DNA from: Pseudomonadota bacterium
GTDB lineage: Bacteria > Myxococcota_A > UBA9160 > SZUA-336
NCBI GenBank assembly: GCA_021295775.1
Contig: JAGWBS010000040.1
Coordinates: 906-64,905, forward strand
Length of the DNA stretch: 64,000 nt
Direction: 5' to 3'
Shown: one piece after another, positions 58,411 to 64,000 of the stretch
Position numbering within the stretch: position 1 is the stretch's first letter
Layout of the letters: every line of letters starts with the position of its first letter
Notes under the pieces: model-generated
Database searches by the model: none
Told to the model about the DNA's origin: nothing
Seen by the model: only the letters and a program-made list of their open reading frames with translations
Program-made: the position numbers and the translations under genes

Positions 58411-59763
58411 ATGGAGCTGTTCCCCCAGCGGGCCTACCAGACCAGGGGCGCCGCGGCGCAGCGCTCCGGCGACGCGCCCCTGGCCGAACGCATGCGCCCC
58501 CTGAGCCTGGAGGAATTCGAAGGCCAGGATCACCTGCTCGCTCCGGACAAGCCGCTGGGCCGCCTGCGCACGGGAGAGGGACGGCTTTCATCGATGATTC
58601 TGTGGGGCCCTCCGGGGTCGGGCAAGACCACCCTGGCCCGCCTGCTGGCGGAACGGGCGGAGCACCGGCTGCACGCTCTGTCGGCCGTGATGTCCGGGGT
58701 CCGGGACCTGCGCGCGGCCATCGACGCGGCCCAGCGAAGCAGCGACGAAGGCCTGCGGACGGCGCTCTTCATCGACGAGATCCACCGCTTCAACAAGGCG
58801 CAGCAGGACGCGCTGCTGCCCTTCGTGGAGAGCGGCGCGGTGACGCTGATCGGCGCAACCACCGAGAACCCCTCGTTCGAGGTCATCTCGGCGCTGCGCT
58901 CGCGCTGCCGCGTGTTCACGCTGCGCCCTCTCGACCCCGAAGCTTTGGGCCGGATCGCGCGGCGCGCCCTCTCCGAGGCGCATGGACTGGGGGCACGCGG
59001 ACTGGGGATCGACGACGCGGCGCTCGAGACTCTGGCCCGCCTGGCGCAGGGCGACGCGCGGCGCGCGCTCGGACTGCTGGAGAGCGCGGCGGAGCGCGTC
59101 GAGGAACGCATCGACCTGGCCGCGCTCGAGGCGGCCCTGGAAGCCGGCCTGCCCGACTATCAGAAGGCGGGCGAGGCGCACTACGACGTCATCTCGGCGT
59201 TCATCAAGAGCCTGCGCGGCAGCGATCCCGACGCGGCCGTCTACTGGCTGGCGCGAATGCTGGAGGCGGGAGAGGACCCGCGCTTCCTCACCCGGCGGAT
59301 GCTGATCTTCGCCTCCGAGGACGTGGGCAACGCCGACCCGCGGGCGCTGGGCGTGGCCGCGGCCGCGGCGGACGCGTTCGACCGCGTGGGGCTGCCCGAG
59401 GGGCGCATCATCCTGTCCCAGGCGGTCAGCTATCTGGCCTGCGCGCCCAAGAGCAACGCGGCCGTGGTCGCGATCTCCGAGGCCCGTTCGGAAGTGCTCT
59501 CCTCGGGCGCCCTGCCCGTCCCGCTGCACCTGCGCAACGCTCCCACCGAGCTGATGCGGCGCGAAGGCTACGCGCGAGGCTACCAGTACCCGCACGACCA
59601 CCCCGGCCACTTCGTGCGCGAGCGCTACCTGCCCGACTCCCTGGCCGGCCGGCGCTACTACCGCCCCAGCGATCAGGGGGAGGAGCGGGCGATCGGCGCG
59701 CGCCAGCGGCAGCGCTGGCGGGGCGAATCCGAGCCCGGCGCCGCGGAGGACGCGGACGACTGA
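58411..59763 (+). CDS. rarA: Replication-associated recombination protein A (RarA/MgsA AAA+ ATPase)
   Basis: ATG 58411: ...LAERMRPLSLEEFEGQDHLL...MILWGPPGSGKTTLARLLA...[22 protein letters not shown]...YDVISAFIKSLRGSDPDAAVYWLARML... Confidence 0.94.
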   Translation: MELFPQRAYQTRGAAAQRSGDAPLAERMRPLSLEEFEGQDHLLAPDKPLGRLRTGEGRLSSMILWGPPGSGKTTLARLLAERAEHRLHALSAVMSGVRDLRAAIDAAQRSSDEGLRTALFIDEIHRFNKAQQDALLPFVESGAVTLIGATTENPSFEVISALRSRCRVFTLRPLDPEALGRIARRALSEAHGLGARGLGIDDAALETLARLAQGDARRALGLLESAAERVEERIDLAALEAALEAGLPDYQKAGEAHYDVISAFIKSLRGSDPDAAVYWLARMLEAGEDPRFLTRRMLIFASEDVGNADPRALGVAAAAADAFDRVGLPEGRIILSQAVSYLACAPKSNAAVVAISEARSEVLSSGALPVPLHLRNAPTELMRREGYARGYQYPHDHPGHFVRERYLPDSLAGRRYYRPSDQGEERAIGARQRQRWRGESEPGAAEDADD

Positions 59764-59834
59764 CTCCGCCGCGCCCCGCGGTCCTGAAACCGGCGCGCCC
59801 AGGACCGATAATGGGCCGACGGAAGGGGGCCGAC

Positions 59835-60620
59835 ATGGGCAGACTCGAGGGCAAGGCAGCGCTGGTCACCGGCGGCAGCGGCGGGATCGGAAGCGCGACG
59901 CTGCGGCGCTTCGCGCGGGAGGGCGCCGCGCTGGTGTGCGCGGACCTGCAGCAGGAGAGCGGCGAGAAGCTGGTGGCCGAGCTGAACGCGGGCGGCGCGC
60001 GCGCCGTCTTCCGGCGCTGCGACGTGGGCGACTTCGACCAGGTGCAGGCCGCCGTCGAGACGACGGTGAGCGAGTTCGGCCGCATCGACATTCTGTTCAA
60101 CAACGCCGCGAGCTCGAGCGGGGGCTACACCGCCGACCTCGACCTCGAGGAATGGGACCGGAGCCTGCGCGTGATGCTCAGCGCGGCGCTGTACGGGATG
60201 AAGGCCGCCATCCCCCACATGGAGCGCCAGGGCGGCGGATCGATCGTCAGCACCTCGTCCATCTACGGGCTGGTCGCCAATCCCGGCATCGCGCCGTACT
60301 GCACGGCCAAGGCCGGCCTGATCAACCTGACCCGCACCGCGGCGGTCGAGTACGGGCGCAAGAACATCCGCGTCAACGCGATCTGTCCGGGCGTGGTGGA
60401 GACCCCGATGTTCGATGCCGTGCTGTCCATGGGACTCAAGTCCCGCGAGCAGGTCGCGGACATGCACGCGCTCGGCCGCACGATCCAACCCGAGGAGATC
60501 GCCGACCTGGTGCTCTTCCTGGCCAGCGACGAGTCCTCCGCGATCACCGGACAGGCGATCGTGATCGACGGCGGCCTGCTGTCGAGCTGCGATCTGACCG
60601 GCACTCCACCCGCCGCCTGA
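59835..60620 (+). CDS. SDR family oxidoreductase
   Basis: ATG 59835, with GGAAGGGGG 5 nt upstream. Translation MGRLEGKAALVTGGSGGIGSA...NNAA...STSSIYG...YCTAKAG... An alternative ATG is at 59811. Confidence 0.9.
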   Translation: MGRLEGKAALVTGGSGGIGSATLRRFAREGAALVCADLQQESGEKLVAELNAGGARAVFRRCDVGDFDQVQAAVETTVSEFGRIDILFNNAASSSGGYTADLDLEEWDRSLRVMLSAALYGMKAAIPHMERQGGGSIVSTSSIYGLVANPGIAPYCTAKAGLINLTRTAAVEYGRKNIRVNAICPGVVETPMFDAVLSMGLKSREQVADMHALGRTIQPEEIADLVLFLASDESSAITGQAIVIDGGLLSSCDLTGTPPAA

Positions 60621-60642
60621 GCCGGGCATCGGACGCAAGGGG

Positions 60643-62136
60643 ATGAGCCAGACCGAGGGGGGCGCGGCGTTCGAACCCCGGCGCGCCTCGGACGTGAAAG
60701 CCTGGGACCACGAGGCCGACGTGGTGGTGATGGGCCTGGGCTGCGCGGGAGCCTGCGCCGCGATCGGCGCGGCGGAGTCCGGCGCGGACGTGCTGGCGGT
60801 GGAGCGGGCCAGCGGGGGCGGCGGCACCTCGGCGAATTCCGGCGGCCAGATCTACATCGGCGGCGGGACGCGGATTCAGCGGGCCTGCGGCTTCGAGGAC
60901 TCTCCCGAGGAGATGTTCAAGTACCTGATGGCGTCCTGCGGGCCGAGTCCGGACCCGGCGCTGGTGAGCGTCTTCAGCGAGCGGAGCGTCGAGCACTTCG
61001 AGTGGCTGGCCGGGCAAGGGGTTCCGTTCAAAGAGTCATATTTTCCAGGAGGTTACGAGCCACCTCTCGATGACTGCCTGACCTTCTCGGGCAGCGAGGA
61101 CGTGTATCCCTACGCCGAAATCGCCCGGCCCGCGCCGCGGGGCCACTCCCCCCGGGCGATCGGCTCGAAAGGCCCGATCCTGATGCGGATGCTGCTGGCC
61201 GCGGTCGAGCGCGCGCGGGTACGGACGCTTTTCGACGCGCGCGGACAGCGCCTGATCGCCGAATCCGATGGGCGGATCCGCGGGGTCGTGGTAAGGGCCG
61301 GCGGCAGCGAGCGCTGCGTCCGGGCGCGCCGCGGGGTCGTACTGACGGCGGGCGGCTTCTCCTACAACGACGAGATGCTCGAGCGCTACGCGCCCCGGCT
61401 GCTGAAATGCAGCTTCCGGCTCGGGACCGAGGCCGACGACGGCAGCGGCATCCTGATGGGAGCGGCCGGCGGCGGGGCCCTGCTGCGGATGGAGGCCGGC
61501 GACATCAGCCTGCCCCTCTATCCGCCGCTCGAACTGCGGCGGGGCGTGCTCGTCAACCAGTATGGCCAGCGCTTCATCAACGAGGACGCCTACATGGGCG
61601 TGCTCGGCGAGCACAGCATCCTGCACCAGGAAGGCCGCGTCTTCATGCTCCTGGACGAGCGGAACTTCCGGCGCCCGGAGGTCTTCGAGTGCGAAGTCGC
61701 GGCGGTCGGGGAATCCGTCGCCGAGATCGAGGCCGAACTCGGCATCCCCTCGCCCGGGCTGCAGAACACGCTCTCGCTCTACAACACCTACGCCGAGCGC
61801 GGCGAGGATCCGCTCTTCCACAAACGAGCCGACTACCTGACCCCGCTGACCCGGCCGCCCTATGGCGCGCTCGATCTGCGCGCCGAGAGCGTCGGCTACG
61901 CCCTGGTCACCCTCGGCGGCCTGCACATCGACCCCGACGGGGCCGTGCTGGGCGCCTCCGGCGAGCGCGTCGCGGGACTCTTCGCGGCGGGCCGGACCAC
62001 ATCGGGAATCAGCAAACAGGGCTACAGCAGCGGGATCTCGCTGGGCGACGCCAGCTTCTTCGGCCGGCGCGCGGGCCGCGCGGCGGCCGCTGGTCCGGAC
62101 CGGGCGGGTGGAGTTGATCGCCCCAAGGCCGGGTGA
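60643..62136 (+). CDS. FAD-dependent oxidoreductase (KstD/fumarate-reductase flavoprotein-like)
   Basis: Translation ...HEADVVVMGLGCAGACAAIGAAESGADVLAVERASGGGGTSANSGG...VLTAGGFSYN...AGLFAAGRTTSG... Confidence 0.88.
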   Translation: MSQTEGGAAFEPRRASDVKAWDHEADVVVMGLGCAGACAAIGAAESGADVLAVERASGGGGTSANSGGQIYIGGGTRIQRACGFEDSPEEMFKYLMASCGPSPDPALVSVFSERSVEHFEWLAGQGVPFKESYFPGGYEPPLDDCLTFSGSEDVYPYAEIARPAPRGHSPRAIGSKGPILMRMLLAAVERARVRTLFDARGQRLIAESDGRIRGVVVRAGGSERCVRARRGVVLTAGGFSYNDEMLERYAPRLLKCSFRLGTEADDGSGILMGAAGGGALLRMEAGDISLPLYPPLELRRGVLVNQYGQRFINEDAYMGVLGEHSILHQEGRVFMLLDERNFRRPEVFECEVAAVGESVAEIEAELGIPSPGLQNTLSLYNTYAERGEDPLFHKRADYLTPLTRPPYGALDLRAESVGYALVTLGGLHIDPDGAVLGASGERVAGLFAAGRTTSGISKQGYSSGISLGDASFFGRRAGRAAAAGPDRAGGVDRPKAG

Positions 62137-62165
62137 GAGGCTTGGCGCCTGCCACTGGAGGCCGA

Positions 62166-62912
62166 ATGTTCGATCTGAGCGGAAAAGTCGCGCTGGTCAC
62201 CGGCGCGGGCCAGGGCGTCGGCGCGGGAATCGCGCGGGCCCTGAGCGAGTGCGGGGCAGCGGTCGGGATCAACGACCTGCACCCCGAGCGCGCCGAACGG
62301 TTCGCCTCCGGGATCGAAGCCGCGGGCGGCCGCGCCCTGGACGCCGCCTTCGACGTGTCGGACTACGCGTCCGTCGAAGCGGGCATCGCGAAGCTGCAGG
62401 ACCGGCTCGGGCCGCTCGACGTGCTGGTCAACAACGCCGGCATCCCGGAGGGGATGGGGGTCGAGCCGTTTCACGAATCCTCCCCGGAGAACTGGCGGCC
62501 CTACGTCGACGTCAACCTGTACGGGGTGATGAACTGCTGCCGCGCCGCGATCGGCGGAATGCGCGAGCGCGGCTGGGGGCGCGTGGTCACGATCTCCTCG
62601 GGCGCCGGCACCATCGGCCTGAACCTGGGCGTCTCGCCGTACGCGGCCGGCAAGAGCGGCGGAATCGGCTTCATGCGCCACCTGGCGGTCGAAAACGCGC
62701 GCCTGGGCGTCACCGCCAACACCGTCGCCCTGGGACTGATCAACAATCAGGGCGACCCGGACACCACCGCGCACATCGCGCGCTCCGTGCCCGTGGGCCG
62801 GCTGGGCGAGCCCGAGGACGTCGCCGCGCTCTGCGTCTATCTGGCGTCCGACGAATCCGCCTGGATGACCGGGCAGACCCTGCAGCTCAACGGCGGATAC
62901 CCGACCACCTGA
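62166..62912 (+). CDS. SDR family oxidoreductase (3-oxoacyl-ACP reductase-like)
   Basis: ATG 62166, with GGAGG 4 nt upstream. Translation MFDLSGKVALVTGAGQGVGAGIA...NNAG...ISSGAG...YAAGKSG... Confidence 0.9.
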   Translation: MFDLSGKVALVTGAGQGVGAGIARALSECGAAVGINDLHPERAERFASGIEAAGGRALDAAFDVSDYASVEAGIAKLQDRLGPLDVLVNNAGIPEGMGVEPFHESSPENWRPYVDVNLYGVMNCCRAAIGGMRERGWGRVVTISSGAGTIGLNLGVSPYAAGKSGGIGFMRHLAVENARLGVTANTVALGLINNQGDPDTTAHIARSVPVGRLGEPEDVAALCVYLASDESAWMTGQTLQLNGGYPTT

Positions 62913-63001
62913 GGCGGGCCGAAAGGATCCCGGCTCGATCTCCTCCCGAAATTCACCCGCACACCTCGCGAATCCGACGAGGTCCGGCTAGGTTGCGCCA
63001 T

Positions 63002-64000
63002 ATGCACACGCCCCAACCCGAGACGATCTCGGAAGTGATCGCGGTTCTGCCCGACGACGTGTACGAAAATCCCACCTCCCGCGGTCTGCGCTGGGTGGTC
63101 CGCGACCTGCTGGTGTACGCGGGGCTGCTGGCGGCCCTGGCGCTGGCGGACCGCTGGTGGCTGCTGCTGCCGCTGTGGCTCTTGGCCGGACTGGCGATCA
63201 GCGGGCTTTTCATCCTGGGGCACGACGCCGCGCACGGCGCGCTGTTCCGGAGCAAGCGGCTCTGCTACGCGCTGGGGCAGCTCTGCATGCTGCCGTCGCT
63301 GCACGTCTACGAGGCCTGGTGCCTGGGACACAACCGCATCCATCACGCTCACACCGTACGCGAGACGATGGACTACGTCTGGCACCCCGTGACCGCCGAT
63401 GAGTTCCGCGGCATGAAGCGGCGCCAGCGGCTCGCGCACCGCATCAAGTGGTCCTGGCTCGGAGCCGGTCTGTACTACGGCTGGGACATCTGGTGGAAGA
63501 GCATGCTGCGCTTCGAGCCGCCGCGGAAGATCGCGGCCGATGTACGGCGCGACCGCCGCTGCGTCGGGGCCTACGCGGCGCTGGTGTCGCTGGCGTGTCT
63601 CGGCCTCGGCGCCTGGACCTACGGCAGCGCCGCAGGCGCCGCGTGGATGTGGTTCAAGCTGCTCGGGGCGCCCTTCCTGGTCTGGAACTACGTGATCGGA
63701 TGGGCCGTCTACGTGCACCACATCGCGCCCGACATCGCCTGGCGGACCCGGCGGGAGTGGGACCGCGTCGCCGGCCAGTTCGAGGGCACGACGGTTCTGT
63801 ACATGCCGCGCTGGCTCAACTTCTTCATGCACAACATCTTCCTGCACCTGCCCCACCACGTGGACATGCGGATCCCGTTCTATCAGCTCCCGCGGGCCAC
63901 GCAGGCCATCACCGAGGCGTTCCGCGGGGCGATCCGCGAGCGTCGCTACCGCTGGCTGGACTACATCCGCACCACGCGGCGCTGCAAGCTCTTCGACTTC
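63002..64000 (+). CDS. Membrane fatty-acid desaturase family protein; the 3' end runs off the window
   Basis: My own translation from ATG 63002 gives MHTPQPETISEVIAVLPDDVYENP... It has TM segments and three histidine boxes: HDAAH, HNRIHH and HLPHH. The frame is open to position 64000, so it is not in the ORF track. The antisense ORF 62837..63859 is spurious. Confidence 0.85.
   Translation, partial: MHTPQPETISEVIAVLPDDVYENPTSRGLRWVVRDLLVYAGLLAALALADRWWLLLPLWLLAGLAISGLFILGHDAAHGALFRSKRLCYALGQLCMLPSLHVYEAWCLGHNRIHHAHTVRETMDYVWHPVTADEFRGMKRRQRLAHRIKWSWLGAGLYYGWDIWWKSMLRFEPPRKIAADVRRDRRCVGAYAALVSLACLGLGAWTYGSAAGAAWMWFKLLGAPFLVWNYVIGWAVYVHHIAPDIAWRTRREWDRVAGQFEGTTVLYMPRWLNFFMHNIFLHLPHHVDMRIPFYQLPRATQAITEAFRGAIRERRYRWLDYIRTTRRCKLFDF

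Noticed and set aside
61070-61072. An internal start (ATG) downstream of the AGGAGGT inside the FAD oxidoreductase gene.
   Set aside because: The ATG is 16 nt from the SD-like site and out of frame with the conserved protein. No plausible nested ORF results.

Overview
This is a 64 kb window of high-GC bacterial chromosome, roughly two-thirds G+C by eye. Coding is dense and G/C-ending codons dominate. I support about 58 protein-coding genes, almost all core housekeeping or central/acyl-CoA metabolism. I recognised no rRNA, tRNA, CRISPR array, transposase, integrase or phage gene.

Gene order:
- Minus strand: the classic block rimP-nusA-infB-DUF503-rbfA-truB-rpsO-pnp-M16 peptidase.
- lpxC, then a tightly fused NtrY/NtrX-like two-component system with pyrK-pyrD.
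- TauE-ruvB-ruvA-ruvC-yebC.
- A DUF35/thiolase pair, converging on a SufU-like ORF that has no stop codon.
- A secreted thioredoxin-fold/octahaem cytochrome c fusion, then a family-4 UDG, then aroE.
- An envelope cluster: OMP, DsbA-like lipoprotein, DUF1499.
- infA-purE, lysA, bfr, NUDIX, sirtuin.
- Two acyl-CoA/2-oxoacid gene neighbourhoods: (a) BKACE, SnoaL, 2-hydroxyacid dehydrogenase, AMP-ligase and a four-subunit 2-oxoacid:ferredoxin oxidoreductase; (b) MaoC, CoA-transferase, a UGSC-type protein, a conserved unknown, an ADP-forming acyl-CoA synthetase, a crotonase and a hydrolase.
- argJ, secA, M23 peptidase, recN, nadK, rarA, SDR/FAD oxidoreductases, and a desaturase truncated by the window end.

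Most interesting observations:
1. An in-frame TGA inside a UxxC motif with a downstream hairpin. This is a probable selenoprotein that the ORF track splits in two, and it sits inside an uncharacterised CoA-ester gene cluster.
2. A tandem-redoxin + 8xCxxCH cytochrome fusion.
3. A perfect sigma54 promoter (TGGCAC-N5-TTGCT) plus three inverted repeats upstream of lpxC. A sigma54 activator is encoded just downstream.
4. Conserved N-termini that can only be recovered with non-canonical starts: ATT for DUF503 and CTG for TauE, each with GGAGG-N5.
5. A SufU-like ORF that runs 1.1 kb antisense through the thiolase gene for lack of a stop.
6. Two short low-GC, rare-codon patches inside otherwise GC-rich genes (secA and an FAD oxidoreductase).

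Limits: all calls come from reading translations and motifs by eye. No database search was run. Start codons are best estimates. The ORF track prints alternative start codons (GTG/TTG) as M.
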